Part shown: in pieces, positions 39,402 to 55,062 of the stretch
Layout: the number at the start of each line of letters is the position of its first letter
Position numbering within the stretch: the first letter of the stretch is position 1
DNA from: Octopus vulgaris
Lineage: Eukaryota
DNA: 64,000 bases
Reading direction: 5' to 3'
NCBI GenBank assembly: GCA_951406725.2
Contig: OX597819.1
Span: 81,406,001 to 81,470,000, forward strand
The notes under the pieces: generated by a model
The model's input: the letters and a program-made list of their open reading frames with translations, nothing else
Databases searched by the model: none
Told to the model about the DNA's origin: nothing
Position numbers and translations under genes: made by a program

Positions 39402-39438
<37 letters not shown>

Positions 39439-40533
39439 GTTAAAGAGGACAACAAACGTTAAGGCATACCAGCCATCTCAAATCATATACATTATTATTA
39501 TTGGGAAAAAAATTCTAAGTCTTATAGGTGCTTCTGGGATACCCCAGAGTATGGGATATTCCATCATCATTTAGATCACCTGTGAATTAAATCCTCATAC
39601 ATATGAGTGAATTTTGGCCCACCATGTATGTTCTGAGCTAACCCATGCTAACATGAAGAAACCAATGTAAAACCAATGAATGAACAAGTATATGATACGG
39701 TGGCATAGCATGAGCTGCCAGCACCTGGTGCAAGGCAAATATTGTGAGGAATGCATGCAATTTTATATCTACTTTATCAGTTCTTTCTTTTTTTTTCATT
39801 TTTGGAATTTTGTGCCCAGAGCAACCACACATGTTGCCCTACCAATGCTACACTGCTGACAAGATAAGCAGCAGTTTTCTATATTTTTTCTGAATTTTTT
39901 AACTTTAAGTCACAGATTTTCTTTTGCTTTCCTTTTAAATTTCCTATATGAAGTGTGCCATTAATAAGTTATTTATTCTCCGGTGTTACAAATGTCTTTT
40001 TTTTAATTTCGACCCCAGTGCACCTCAAAGTCAAAAAGAGGTTGAGAGTCACAGCTCAGGGACTTTTACCAAATCATCACTGCAAATGGAATGAGGTGCC
40101 TCAGCATAATCACTAAACCTATCGACAACATCATTATCATCATTTTAAAGTCCACTTTCCATGCTTGCATGTGGCAAAGGGTGCTTATTGAGTTAGATCT
40201 TCTATGACTGGATGGCCTTCCTGTTACCAAACTTTTCCAATTTTTAAACAAGGTAATAGTTCCCCCATGGTTAGACATGTTTTCATGGAATACTGGAAAT
40301 GAATGACACACATACATTTACAACAATCCTGCAAATCCAAGATAGGGAGACACAAATATACACACACTTGCTCAGAAACACACACATACATATTTTGATT
40401 AGACATTGTGATACTAATAACCTGATGTACAACTCAGTATATGTATGCCTCTGAATGAAGAGTTAGTCGAGTACAGAGTGGTAATAAGAAAAGAGATGAC
40501 AAATGAATAAATAATTATATTATGAACTTCATT

Positions 40534-40614
40534 AGCTTACAGCTGTTTCCACTATAAGATGTGGTAGATGCATAGTTGAGTGCCTGAGTAACACTTTGCA
40601 GTTTCATCAGAGCT
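40534..40614 (-). ncRNA. Type I hammerhead ribozyme motif
   Basis: Minus strand reads AGCT CTGATGA A ACTG...TAGT G GAAA CAGCTG TA AGCT: palindromic stem III ACAGCTGT, 4-bp stem I, GUA triplet. Confidence 0.7.
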
Positions 40615-40782
40615 TCAAATATGAAGTGCAATTTATTCAGGAAATCAAATACATTTAAATGTTTATCCTAAACAACTCTGAATATTCCTTATCATTCAAT
40701 GTGGTTAGCCAGCTCTGGACCATAACAGAGTGTGAACAAGGTACTTACTCATATCTAAAATCCCTACTCCTTTATGTTTTTA

Positions 40783-40833
<51 letters not shown>

Positions 40834-41089
40834 GGTGCAGAGTCTAGTGATTAGGCTGTTGCCGTCATGATTGCTAGATCATGGGTTTGATTCCTAGATA
40901 GGCAATGCATTGTGTTCTTAATCAAAACACATTTCATATTGCTCAAGTCCCCCTTTCGATCAGCAGGGAATGTTGGCCTACTCATCTGGCCAGCAGGGTG
41001 GTGTCTTTGAAAGGCTGGAACAATGAAACATGCATTTTGACCAGCAATGTGTAACAGCATGTGATAGTTTGGTTGGTCATGTGATCACA

Positions 41090-41125
<36 letters not shown>

Positions 41126-41550
41126 AGTGTATATATATATATTGGATAATGTGATTTGAGTGTCTTGCCTTGTGCCTAGGAAAAGAACAGGATAGTTTGA
41201 GCGGGAAAGATATAGAGCTGCACAGATATAAGTCTGTCAACAACAAATGGCCAGTAATAATAACCTTTCTTACATTGGTTTAATGCCAGCCTAATTTTAA
41301 AAGAATTTTGTGGTTGATTGAATTATTTCCAGAACAGGACATAAATCAATTAGCAGAATTGTTACAACAACAAAACATCTGATTTTTCTACTGGCTCTTA
41401 GCAGTTTCAGTTCAAATCACACCAAGACTAACTTTGCATTTCATCGTTCCAAATTCAATAAATATAGTGCCAGTCATGAACTGGAATTAGATCCTGCTCT
41501 TTCCCTTTTTCTTTTTTCCACTCTATCAACCTGTCAGTCTGTCTGACTGC

Positions 41551-41589
<39 letters not shown>

Positions 41590-41930
41590 CATAAATAGCT
41601 AGATAGGTGTTGGTGTAGCTCAGAAGCTTGTTTCTCAGTCATGTGGTCCTGGGTCCAATCCCACTATCCAGTATCTTAGACATGTATCTTCTACCAAAGC
41701 CTTTTGATGGATGGAAATCGAAAGACCACATATGTATGTATGTACGTACGTACGTATGTATGTATGTGTGTGTGTGTGTGTATTTACCCTTATCTAAAAT
41801 TACATGATGGTTGTAAAATGAACATCATTGTCATATGAGCAAGATTGTTCATTTCCAGCTTTCTGTGAAGAACATGTCTGGCCATGGAGAAAGATAGATA
41901 GATAGATGGATGAATGAATGGTTAACTGAT

Positions 41931-42006
<76 letters not shown>

Positions 42007-44460
42007 CAGACACACAGACACACAAACAGATGCATTTGTATATGAGAGATTGAACCCACTCAAGTTGATTTCGGTAATACATTCAGACCATCTCTCTGAC
42101 CATCCATTTAAAATTACCCCCAAAGCTAATCCAACATTGAGTAGGAAGAGGTCAAAGCAATGGAAGGCAAACACAGCTTCAAGTTGCTAGAAACAGCAGT
42201 CAAATCTCCCATCTGTCTTAAATGAAAAGACAAATTGGTCGATGTAGTATACATCATGCAAAACGACAGGATGGTCACGGCTAGATTTCCTGTCATCATA
42301 AGTCTGTCCACTTAGACTTGAACTGGTACTAAACAACAACAACAACTACTACTACTACTACAAATCAATATTAGATGTTACTGCTGTGTCAGAGAGCAGT
42401 AGCACTTCCATTTTGTTGTCAAACTTACAACTCCCTCATCATTATCAGCCCTCATCATTATCAGCCTCATCAACTGTTACCAGTCCCATCATCCTAATCA
42501 TCGTCAGCAGCAGCAGTAGCAGTAGCTGTAGCAATCACAGTGGCAGCAGAAACTGGACAGAGTGCAGCAGCAGCAGTGTTTAATGAATATTTTCGTTTAT
42601 GTTTGTTGTTGTCTTTAGCTTTATTTATGTGTGTGTATGTATGTGTGTGTGTTTTCTTTTCTGAGCTGCTGGTGGCAGAATTACATATATAAACTATATC
42701 AGTCAGTCATCATGACCTTAATGCCAACCATTAAACAAGCATATTTAGGTGATTCTTGCACTGAAATTGTAGAGAGTTGAAAAGCAAGTGGGGAGGAAGG
42801 CATATAAAAACACATACACACGCTCAATAAAACAAGCATATGTGTGAAAACATACACACAAACACACACACGCATGCACACATACACATATGTAGACGCA
42901 GGCATGCTTTGGCCTAATAGCTAAACAGATTTAATGATAGCAATTTTGTACAACAAACTTGAACCCTGTGTTTGTATGATGGACGGTAGAGTAGTGACAG
43001 AGAAGGTGAGGTCAATTACAAGACTTGCTCTAAATATGTCATTGAAATTGCTAATAGCGAAAGTCAAAGACTGCGTTAGATGGTTCAGGTTACATCAGAA
43101 CACCATGAAGCTGTCTATCATCTCATTAAACAATATATGTGAATGGGAGATGGGGGGTATGTGTGAGTTTGTGTGTGTGTTTGTGTGTGTATGTGTGTCT
43201 GTGTGTGGCTTGTATATGAGTGTGTATAAATGTGTTTATAAATACATGTGTGTATACATACATGCATTCACACACACAAATATATATATATATATATATA
43301 TGAAAGCATGTATGTATACATATGTATGTATATATGTGTGTGTATGCATGTGTATATATATGTGTGTGTGTGTGTGTATATATATATAATATATATATAT
43401 GTGTGTGTGTATGTATATGAAAACTTATATATGTATGTATATATATATATATATGTATGTATGTATGTGAAAACTTATGTATGTATATATGTATGTATGT
43501 ATGTGTGTGTGTGTACATGTGTGTGTGTATATGTTATTTTTTACTTCACTCAGTCATTGAATTATGGCCATGTTGGGGCACCACCTTGTACAGTTTTAGT
43601 GAAACAAATCAACCAGAGTACACTTATTCTATTAGCTTCTTTTGCTAAATCTCTGAATTATTGGATGTGAACAAACCAACACCGGTTGTCAAGCAGTGGG
43701 GGAGGAACTAACAGAGGTACAAAGACACACACACATATATATATACATGTGTGTCTTACACGCAAACGTGTGTGTGTGTATGTGTGTGTGTTCACAAGAC
43801 TGAGTGTGTATTCTCTTTGTCTTGTGTGCTGATTATATCACACAAATAGTGACATTCTTTACAAAATCATGTCCAAGCTGTGCATTGTTTTATAGACTAA
43901 CAGAAATATTACTTTGGTTGGAAACAGGTGAGGATTGGTGACTGGAAAAGCATCCAACAATAGAAAAGCTTGCCTTAACATCTTGTTTGACCTAGTCAAG
44001 CATGGAAAAATAGATATTAAGAACATGCAGAACATCATAAAGAGATCTAGGCCTCATGTTAAGTTGTCAATATTAGATCTAAGTATTACACTGACCTACT
44101 ACACTCAAGATCAGAGATTTTTACAAGATCTATGCATCTTGATAAGTTTCTGATATCAAACTGGATGATGCTCCCTCACTGATTTAGACAAATAATTTAA
44201 CACTTTAGCCTCTCACATTTGTTTATCCCACAAGTCAGAGTTGTTTAAATGTAAGCACACATTAACAATATTCTCTTTGTATTGATTGAAGGGACCATTG
44301 TTCTTTTCCCTTAAAGTGTTTGCTAATATTTTCTTCATTATTTCCTTGTAATCTTTCTTGTTTTTGTTTCTTTCTTGTAACTTTTTTCCCCCTCTACCTT
44401 TCCTCATAGAATAGCCATGCTTTTTGAGCCAGAATGATTGCTAGATTGTGCATATTTTGT

Positions 44461-44914
44461 ATACTACTAAAACTGTGTGATTGCTTGCTTGCTTGCTAGC
44501 ATGCATGTGTACGTGCTTGCATGCATGCTTGTCTGTAATTTTATACACCCAAACCGGCACATAATAGGAAGATACTCTCATTGTAAGATACCCCTGAAAT
44601 GTGAATACAAACAGAATAAATCAAGTTTTGTGTAAATCAGACCATGGATTTCTGAGATATGTGGTTTTTGGGGTTTGCTTCCATGAATTTAAGCAGTGAA
44701 ACCTGGAGTTATTGCCCTCTACTGTGAATACCTTTATAAATAGCCAAACTGGCACATAATGAGAAAATACTCTGAAAGTATGGTAACATTGAAATGTGAA
44801 TACAAACGGAATAAAACAAGTTTCGCACAAATTGGACCATGGGTTCCTGAGATTTGTGGGGTTTTTTCAGGTACCTTGAGCTATTGGTGACCAATGGGTC
44901 ACAGGTAGTTTAGT
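44461..44914 (+). mobile_element. Non-autonomous Helitron-like element with an internal ~120-bp duplication
   Basis: 3' hairpin GTGACC-AATG-GGTCAC then TTAG|T; homologous to 365-580; 44550-44669 is repeated at 44745-44866. Confidence 0.6.
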
Positions 44915-45460
44915 GCAAAATAAAACTGTGATTACTGCTCTATTCAAGCCTGAAACTTAACATAACTCAAGTATAGCACTTGTATTCTTTAATTGATATT
45001 TATCTCTTTCTCCCTCACTGGATTGAGTACTTTTTTGCTGAACTTATCAACAAATGAACAGTACACTATACATGCATTTTAAATATGCTTATATGTGTGT
45101 ATGTAAAAAGGCTTATATAAACGTCTATCTATCCATCTAGCAATACATCGCTCACAATATGCACCCAACAGGTAATATAATGTAATGTTCAAAGAATGAT
45201 GACAGGCCAATTGCACATATGTTTGAACTCTTTGAGTATAACCATTTGCTTATTGAGAAATTTCTTAAGTTCAGAGGTGATTTCATTTTTTTACGAACAG
45301 GTTGACATTTTGGCCATTTATATTCTGAAGTATAGGATGGGCTAAAAAAAAAAATGCTCAAAGCGTAATTTTCAATTTGCTTGGTTCAAGTTAGTGCTAT
45401 TGTTATTTCTATTAAGTGACATCAGTTCCTTTCGTGAAGGTCAGAAGTTGGAATTTACTG

Positions 45461-45530
45461 GTCTATGTTGAATCTTACTTGTCTATGTTGAATCTTACTC
45501 GTCTATGTTGGATCTTACTTGTCTATGTTG
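45461..45530. repeat. 20-bp minisatellite, 3.5 copies
   Basis: GTCTATGTTGAATCTTACTT repeated head to tail with no spacers. Confidence 0.9.
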
Positions 45531-45677
45531 TATATTAGATTTCATTGGGCCATTTATATGAAGCCTTCCTCTTAATGTTTTTTGTCACAGTGTTTATAAT
45601 CAGTTAGCTGTCATGATGCAGGTAAGCAAGAGAACTGAAAAATCAGTTGGTTTGCTGAATTTGTGTAATTATTTTAA

Positions 45678-45893
45678 CTCCTTAGCATTTAAACCAGCCT
45701 TAACTAGTCAAAGTATTCTACCTGTTTTATAATCAAACTGGTCAGATCCAGCCTCTCACACCTACCATACAATGTTAGTCTTAAAATAAACCACATAATT
45801 GAAATATCAAGGCTACAAGATAATGCAGGATAAATTCAAAGTATGTGAATAAACAAACATTATATTTGATAATGTAATCTTAATGCTAAAGGG
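45678..45893. mobile_element. piggyBac-like MITE
   Basis: TTAA|CTCCTTAGCATT ... AATGCTAAAGGG|TTAA. Confidence 0.7.
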
Positions 45894-46023
45894 TTAATAA
45901 ACCACTCTATGTGAACTATTGCAAACACCTTGATTCTCATCAAACACACATCAGTACAAGCACACATACAAGCACATGAACACACACACACACATGTGCG
46001 CATTAGTACAAACATATACACAT

Positions 46024-46462
46024 AGGTGTAGGAGTGGTAAGTAGCTTGCTTATGAACTACATAGTTCCAGGTTCAGTCCCACTGTGTGGCACCTTGGGCA
46101 AGTGTCTTCTACTATCGCCTCAGGCCAACCAAAACCCTTTTCAGTGGATTTGGTAGACAGAAACCGAAAGAAGCCCATCATATCTATATATATGTGTGTG
46201 TGTGTGTGGGTGGGGGTGTGTGTGAGTGTGTGTGTGTGTGTGTGTTTGTGTGTCTGTGTATGTTTGTGTGTCTGTGTTTGTCCCCCTAACATCGCTTGAC
46301 AACCGATGCTGGTGTGTTTATGTCCCCGTAACTTAGCAGTTTGACAAAAGAGACCAATAGAATAAGAACTAAGCTTACAAAGAATAAGTCCTGTGCTCAA
46401 CTAAAGGCGGTGCTCCAGCATGGCCACAGTCAAAATGACTGAAACAAGTAAAAGAATAAAAG
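46024..46462 (+). mobile_element. SINE family A copy
   Basis: Full head-(TG)n-core-tail organisation. Further copies at about 43545-43735(-), 49915-50420(+), 55732-56087(-), 56356-56550(-); head-only copies at 20760-20930 and 23757-23921. Confidence 0.85.
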
Positions 46463-49400
46463 AAAGAAAGAAAAAAGAACATGCACACATAGTATATGTA
46501 TACAATAAAGTTCTGTGATATTCACAATTCTTTTTAGGAGGTTAGTTAAAAGTTTGTACAAATTATTGGCTAGCTATTTGAAATATGCACATTGCTTGCA
46601 TTGAAGTTGAAAACAACAGAGGCCAACACCAACATATTTAATATCTGCTTTAATCTACTTATGTATATCAGTAAGAATCTCTTCCAATGTTAATAAGAAA
46701 AATTCAGTTGGAAAAGTTAGGAAAACAAAGCTTGTAACTCTCACATGCTTCCCAAAATTTGAATAATATTGCATTTGAACTGAGGTTAAAAACAAAATAC
46801 TGGTGATTGTGAATATTACACAAGTTCATCAGCAATTCATGACATTAAGAAACAAAAGGACAGTTTAATGCAATTTATGATTGATTTTTTGTGATTGCAA
46901 TTTGACAAAGGTTGACATGAAGCAAAAATCAAAAAGTCAAAATACAAAAAAAACAAAAAAAAAAAAACAGAGAAAATCAAGATTTCAGAACCAGATATGG
47001 AGTTGTTTAGTTGATTTGGTGCAAAATAATCCAAAGGATAATATGAAGGTTTCAGAGCCAATGGCTACTAAAAACAGTAATTACTTGCAGACAACTTACA
47101 ACACAGAGACTATATGGCTGAGTAGTTAAGAAGTTTGCTTTGCAACAATGTAGTTTCAAGCTCAATCTCTCTGTATGGCACCTTAACAGGTATTTTCTAC
47201 AACAGCCCCATGTCAACTAAAACCTCATGAGTGTTTTTGTTGGATGGAAACTGAAAGAAGTTCATTGTGTATGCAATGTGCATGCATGGGTATCTGTGTA
47301 TTTGTGTCTCCTTGTCTTGACATTATGTGATAGCTGTAAAAGTGCATCACCATCATTAAAGCAGTGTTCTTTACTTCCAATATTCCATGAAAACATGTCC
47401 AAACATGGTAAAATATTTCGCTTAGAAACTGGTGAGTGTTTGCAACAGGAAGAGCATCTAGTCATAGAAAATCTGCTTCAACAAATTCCATTTGACCCAG
47501 GCAAGCATGAAAAAGTGGACATTAAAAATAATGATGATAAGGATAAATTTAGACAGACAATTCCTATATGATTAGTCAACTGTTCACAAGCTCTGTTCAG
47601 ATTTATTGCAGTTAACCTTTAGCACATGGTAGGTGCATCATGTCACTGTATGAGTTTTCTCCCCTGTAGTAACAAGGCAGTGGTAGGAGAAACAATTCTA
47701 GAGAAAATGCAGTGTTGTAAAAGTTAATGTGCTCTGTCTCTTAACAAAATACACAAATCTAGTTACTTCACTTTGGTTCCACTTCTACTTTACATATGCG
47801 GTGACATTTTTGAAAAACTACCCCCAATCCATGATAGTGTTAAAAAAAAAAGATGTTTAGCCTCAAAAGAAACTTACGAATGTCTACTTTTGAAAATTGG
47901 CATAAAATTGTTTGTTTTGCTATAGAAATCCATGTATATTTCCATCAGGATGTATACCTGCTTCAGAGTTTGGAAATTATCAAGGGAGTTTGTTGCCACT
48001 AAAAGACTGCTTTAGAAGAAAGGAAATGGCAGAAAATCAGAGAATCTGTAGTATCAGAATGAGCTGAAACTAATCAATACATTGTGTATGTATGTGTAGA
48101 TTATGTGTGGCTTAACATTGTGTGCTTATATGTAGCAGGGGATGCATGTTGTTTGACATTGTCTATTACAGATGACAAGATGATGCTGTAAGAGAAATTG
48201 TGTCAACAAAGAAGTATATCTTGGGTTCTGAAATGAAAACCTGAACAAAGCTGCTGAAGTCTAAGTAGAAATATGCTATGTGAAACAAACATACATATAC
48301 ACACACAAAAAAGAAGAAAAATAATAATAATAATAATGTATTTAGCATCAAGCTCGTTTTTTTTCTTCTTTTTCTGTAAAAGATAAAAAAGTAAAAAGAG
48401 TAATCTCTTAGACATTTGAACTGCTTCTAATCAGACATGCATCAGTACATTTGTCATTTATTGATGGAGAAAACATCTTGGATGTAATGTGTAAAAATTA
48501 GGGACCATCATCAACAATATATATTAATAAAATCGTTGCCAAGGTATGTGAGAAAAAAAATTTTGTTTTTTCATGCTTTACATACATATCACCAGATTTA
48601 GTTAGCTGCTTTTAAACTTGGATTTCAGCTATCTTTATACCGATTCTGGATAGTGAGTCATAAAAGATATATTTTATTTTGTCACTTTGCCTCAACTACA
48701 TAAGGTGTTCTCTATATAGCTGTTACTTTCAATTTTGTTTTCCAATCAATCAAACTTAACTATTTCTTCTGCATAGATTTATCAGATTTTCTAATTCCAC
48801 CAAGTATCAGTATTGTTTCAAAACCAGAGAAAAAGAAAAGCAAAAGAAAAATGACCCATTGATTTTTCTGTTTTTTATGATTTTTCTTCAGAAAATCTCT
48901 TTTAGACCATGTAGACATTATATGTCGACATATGTCTATGTCTCTCTCGGCTTAATCCATAACACTTCATCAACTTGTCTGGTGAATAAATTTTAATTTC
49001 TGCCTTCACCACAAGTTAACAAATTTTTAGGCATAGCTAAATGACATGATGAGATATTCATTCCGTTTTTGGAAGCTTTAGATATGATGTATGTTAAAGT
49101 AGATTAGCTTCAGGTGAGAACTGAAACCAAGTGTCTTGCACTTTATCTAACTCAGATATTTATACCGGGTTTAAAACAGGTTTGAATATCAAAAGGTTTA
49201 ACCTTTTACAGACAAGTTGGTAGCAAAAGAATTAACCCTCCTAATACTAAACCATCTGAAACTGACCTTGGTTCTATAATATGAATTCTCTATTTTAAAG
49301 AAATCTAAAGTAACATTTTCCATAAAATTTAATAATGACAAATTTATTTTAATAAAATCCTCATTTTTTTAATAAAATTAATCGAAAGAAAGGTAGCATA

Positions 49401-51220
49401 TTGCAATATAAATATAATAATATAAAAAGCAACAAATTTTAGCAGCATATGTGAAGGAAACTGGTTCCAACTAGAAACTGAATCATAGACTTTGCTCACT
49501 TAGAGTTTAAGTAACTTAACCATATTGTTACATGCATAAAGGTGAAATGAAGAGTGGATGTAAGTTGGCATTTTTCTTCTATGGCACTAACTATTTGAGA
49601 AAATAATATTTATTTGCTTAGGTGATAATGTTCTATAATATCATCTTCTCATGGTAATATTATCTGGTTGATTTGGCCAAATGAGAAGTATTAATTTCTA
49701 TTGAAGATTTGCTATGATCACTCGAGAGCATGGTTGTAATTTGTTTGCATTCAATCTATTTGTCCTGAGCAAATACATTAAACCTGAATTAACATACAAT
49801 AACATATTTCCTCTGTTAAATAAATGACAAAATTACTCATGCATGTCTCAATGAATGGGGCACAAGTATTTAACCTGTTTTCCTGCTGTTTTCTGAATAT
49901 TTGTTGTTTTAAGTGAATGTGTGTGTGGTTAAGAAGCTTGCTTTGCAAGCACATGATTCTGGGTTCAGTTTCACACTGCAGCACCTTGGGCAAGTGTCTT
50001 CAAGCACTGGACCAACCAATATCTTATGAGAGAATTTGATTGACAGGAACTGTATAGAATCCTGATTTGTTTGTTTGTTTGTTTGTTTGTTTGTTTGTAT
50101 GTATGTATGTATGTATGTATGTATGTATGTATGTATGCATGCATGCATGTATGTATGTGTGTATGTGCATATGTATGTAGGCATGTATGTGTGTGTGTTT
50201 GTGTACATGCACATGTGTGTGTTTGTCTTTGGCCCAAGTCACTGTTTGACAACCAGTTCTGGTTGGTTTTGGACCTTGTAGTTAGTAGTTTGTCATAGGA
50301 GATCAAAAGAATAAATAGCAGACTTAAGAATAAGTCCTGGGTCAATTTGCCTGATTAAACTCTTTAAGACAGTGCTCCAATATGGCTGCAGTCCAATCAC
50401 TGAAACAAGTAAAAGGTGAAAGATAATACAACTACATATTCTTCAACCACTTAAAACGTTACAATAGCAAGAATGTTGATGATGCATCTGCAACAATGAG
50501 GTGGTTTTCTAATGTTCAGAAGTTTCTAAATATTTACTTAGGTATTTTTTTTTTTTTGTTGAGTCAAAAGAGTATTGGAAAGAATGCCTTGTGGTACTTG
50601 ATACCACTCTATGGGCTCTGTATTCATATCACATTGAGATCATTGTTTTTCATTTTTACAGCATTGATAAAGTTATAAGAATCCAGAATAGTGAATTGGC
50701 ATAAATGTAAGATTGCTGGATCAAATACCATGTAGTATTTCTGACAGCTTTTTTTTTATTCTGAACCCAAACCTATCATGACTCATTTAGATGTAAGACT
50801 TACTTCTAATTTAGCACTTTAGGTGTCTTCAGTAGGATCTACTCTGTTGCAAGCTTACAATATAGGTTTCGAGGTTGAAATTATTTTTTCTCTCTCTCCT
50901 ACCAATTACAGAAGTTCTGCAAATAAAGTTTACACAAATTACATTTACCTACTATAAATAATGCCAATAAAATTTCATATCATGAAGATGAGTGTGTGAA
51001 AGTCTTGTAATGTTGGTTTCAAATTTTGGCAGAAAGTCAAAAATGTCTGGAGAGGGAATAAGTTAATTACATTTGACCCCAGTACTCAGCTGGTACATAT
51101 TTATCAACCCCAAAAGGATAAAAACAAAATTGATCTCAGCAGAGTTTGAACTCTGAACACAAAGACAGTTGAAATGCCATTAAGCATATTGTGTGTGTGT
51201 ACAGAAATATACACACACAC

Positions 51221-51266
<46 letters not shown>

Positions 51267-53004
51267 ATGTATATGTAATTTGTATATCATCATCGTTTAA
51301 CGTCCATTATATATATATTTAATATGCAAATATACATTTATATACATATATACATGTGTGCATATGTATCGTGGTATGTTTTTTTATAGTATATGTAAAT
51401 CTATCATACAAATGAGAAGACAAGGTGTTTACATTCCCATTTCAAAAACTACTGAGAAGATAAAAATTTTTTATGATGGACTATGCATGTCATATGATCG
51501 AGTCCAAATCATAAGCATTGCTGATAGTAGCTTCATGAAGAGCACAAATTCCCCACCCATTCTCCTTTCCTTTCCAGATTTTTACCACTTCCACATTAAA
51601 TGGCTCCTGATCAATGCTGCCTTCCTACAGCACATTTGTATTTGTCAAAGGCACTGGAATTACTGTTCTCAGCTACACTCTTTGCTCATCTATTTTCCAG
51701 CTAAACATCGAAGTTTCAACATATTGATTTAATCACAGACGACTGCAAGTAACTGTAGTCCACCTTGATGAACAAGCCTCTTCACTTTGCTTCCAACATA
51801 ATCATTTCCATCTCACCTAATCACTCAGACTATGTCAGCAGGCTCTGCAAGTAATTAATTAGCTAGCTACAAAATAAAAAAAAAATTCTTCTGATCAAGA
51901 GCTTGTTCTAAATAGGAGTGGGAAGTAGATGATAAGACAAAGGAAGATGACTAAGGAGAATAGGAGGGAAAAAAAGGAAAAAAATGCAATCTTTAGATAA
52001 AGTAATGATACAAGGCAAAAAAAAACCCCAGAAAATAAGAAAAACTGGAACGAAAAATAGTGTCTGTTCTTGGCTGGTTGTGCATTTATAAAAGATGTTA
52101 AAACTGTTAATGCAGCTGTTGGAAGAAGAGTTTAGAGCAGTAACATACACTGTAGTTAAAGAGAAGAGTAAAAGAGAGGTAAACTCAGTTGTTATCTGTC
52201 AAATTTGCAACTGTTACATTCTAACTTCTTCTTTCTTCAGCTCATGAATATAGTCAAGAAACAATGCAACATAATAGCATGGTTGGTGGTGGAAAAACTA
52301 TCCAAAAAAAAAAAGAAATAATAATAATAAATGAAAAAAAAAGAATTATAAAAAACAATTCGAAGCTTTAGAAAAAAATATACGATCAGAATACTGTTCC
52401 CCATTAATTATCTCCCCCTATATTTGAGATTAAAGTATTGGTGCTTTGATGGAGAGTTTCCAAAACACAAATACAAAAAAACAATCTCAGCAATTTTTTT
52501 TTTGTTTGTTTCTACTTTCTCTTATTAGCACTTACTAAAAAACAAACATAGCCATTAAAAAAATATATTACACAACAAATAAAATGAAATACAAAATAAA
52601 ACAGCATATTCCTTTGCAGGCTGTTTTTATATATTTTTTCTGGTATATTTTTTCTCAAGAAGAGAATTTATCAGACTTGAGGTGATTTTTGAAAGTATGT
52701 GTTTATACAGCCAGTACTGATGTCCAGCTAATCTAGAAGATTCCATTTAGCTTCTCCAAAACATATATATTCTATCAATGCTTCTCATATAAATTTCTTC
52801 ATAGCCACCACTATCATTCAGATTGCTGCTTCTAAATTTAGACAGTAAACAGATTTTTTTATGCGATATATGGCGGAAAGAGAACAACAAACTGTCAGCA
52901 ATAATTATTTCATGCTAACTTTCTAAAATAACTCCAAAATCTAGTTAGCTGCATTATTTTTATAGTTAAGTGAGCTGATGCTGACTTCATTTCAATTCCT
53001 TTAA

Positions 53005-53844
53005 CACTTTGCCAACCATAGAAGTCACTTCTTCATATCTCATAGGAGTGCAAGAATGAGATTTACTTAGTGGGTGCAAACCCAGGCCCAAATTTTTTAC
53101 AAACTAGTTTGATATCTTAATATCATTAATGAAAACAGGTGTAATAATAATCATTATTTCTATATTTGTACATCAATAAAATCATAAATCCAATAATGGA
53201 AAAATGTTTCAAATAAAGTTTTTCAGGAGGATGTTCAAAGCATTTTCATTGACCCCTAAAAGTTTTAGGGGGATGTACTTGCACTCCTTGTAGCCCCTGT
53301 TCCCAAGCCAATGATGGGAGTCACCAGTATCACCTAATGGAGATGATTTTTATGGCGCCACACACTGTTGTGGTTCATACTACATTATTTGAATTTTAGG
53401 AAATGTATAGAATACATATTTCTTTGTATTTCTCAGATTGGAATCAAATTAGAATTGATAGGTATGGAGACATGGAATTCATCAAAAGTTTAGGTATCAG
53501 GTTCAATACCAAAGGGTGCAAGTCACTATCATCACCATCACTGAAGCGCTGCTCTCCATAAAAGAAGATTGGGAAAGTGAAGCCATTAAGGCATACGTAA
53601 CATAGTCTGAAATATACGCTTCAGAAAAAAAATCATAAATAGATGATAAAATATTCCATAAATGGAGATGTAATAGACATTTTAACACTCTTTAATGTAT
53701 GTATCACACAGCATAGAATGAATATAATATTTGTTCTGTATCACAGGAGTCACCAGTGATATGCCATAAATCAACGTAGTAGTTTATATAGTGAACAAAT
53801 GTATATGGTCACAAAATAAAAGAGCGTAATTTGTAGGCAAAGGG
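53005..53844. mobile_element. piggyBac-like non-autonomous element (~840 bp)
   Basis: TTAA|CACTTTGCCAAC ... GTAGGCAAAGGG|TTAA. Confidence 0.6.
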
Positions 53845-55062
53845 TTAATGGAACCAGTCATATGGAACTCTTTAAAATATCTGAGTCTTTATGACAATGA
53901 ATTGACTGCAAAACAAAACAACAAAAATTCAAACTAACTAGAATTTTATAAATATAAGAATTTTACATTTCAACAAAATTTTGTTTAAGATATTCATCAT
54001 TATCATCATTTTTGTTGATGCCATCATCATCAATTTTACATCCCATTTTTCATGCTTGCATGTGTTAGATGGAATCTGTTGAATCTGATTTTCTATGCTT
54101 GGATGCTCTTCACATCATCAGCCTTCTCTTGTTTCCAAGCTAAGTAAATATTTCCCCATGGCTGGACATATTTCTAAAGGAGACCAGAAATGAATAACAC
54201 CACTTGTATGACAGTGACACTCATTTACAGTCATGTTATGTCAGGATAAGGCTTAAATCAGTTTCAGTCTACTGAACCTATTCACAAGGTTTAGGTTGAT
54301 CTGAGGTTACAGTAGAAGACACTTGACCAAGATTCCAGGAAGTGGGACTGAACCTAAAACCACATGGTTAGAAGGCAAACTTTTAACTACACACGGATAC
54401 TTGCATCTAAAATATAAAAAAAGAAAATTAGATACCCAGTGACACATGTTAAAGTTGATTTTGCATCCATTCTTTAAAAATATAATAGCCAATGAATTAG
54501 CAAACATTTTATTTATAAATCATTATTCAAATATGTGGTGTTAGATAGTTTATAGAAGGGAGATAATCATTTCTTCATAGTATTTGGGAGGATTAAAAAG
54601 CTTGAATTTTAAATTAAGAAATAGGGAAAAAGATACAAAAAGAAATTATTCCAATCCCAGATGTTGTGTTCAGTAAGAATCTGTATTCAACACAGATTTT
54701 ACAATTTTCATTCTTTTATTCTTTTACTGGTTTTAGTTATTGGACAGCAACCATGTAGGAGTGTTGCCTCCGTACGTTTGTTGACCCTTAATACACAATT
54801 TCTTTTTTTTATGTCTGGTAATTATTTTATCAATCACTATTTACTGAACTACTCAGTAACAGGGGCATAAATGCAAACCCTGACACAGATACACACACAT
54901 GTAAATATATGCATATATAAACCCAGAAAGACAAGAGGAAGATTCAGGAAGACATTGGAGAACTGGTAATGATTGTTCTCAGAATTCTGCACCTTATAGA
55001 GGAATAGACAAAGGACCAAAGTGACTGGTGAAATGCAAAGCCAGAGAATATATATATATATA

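Noticed and set aside
45461-45530. Short repeat arrays (also 23146-23202, 58761-58858, 61850-61995) as CRISPR
   Set aside because: Head-to-tail minisatellites without unique spacers, no cas genes, eukaryotic context.
50635-50646. TGAGATCATTGT resembling the 5' part of bantam miRNA
   Set aside because: Only 12 nt match, the 3' half diverges and I see no hairpin partner.
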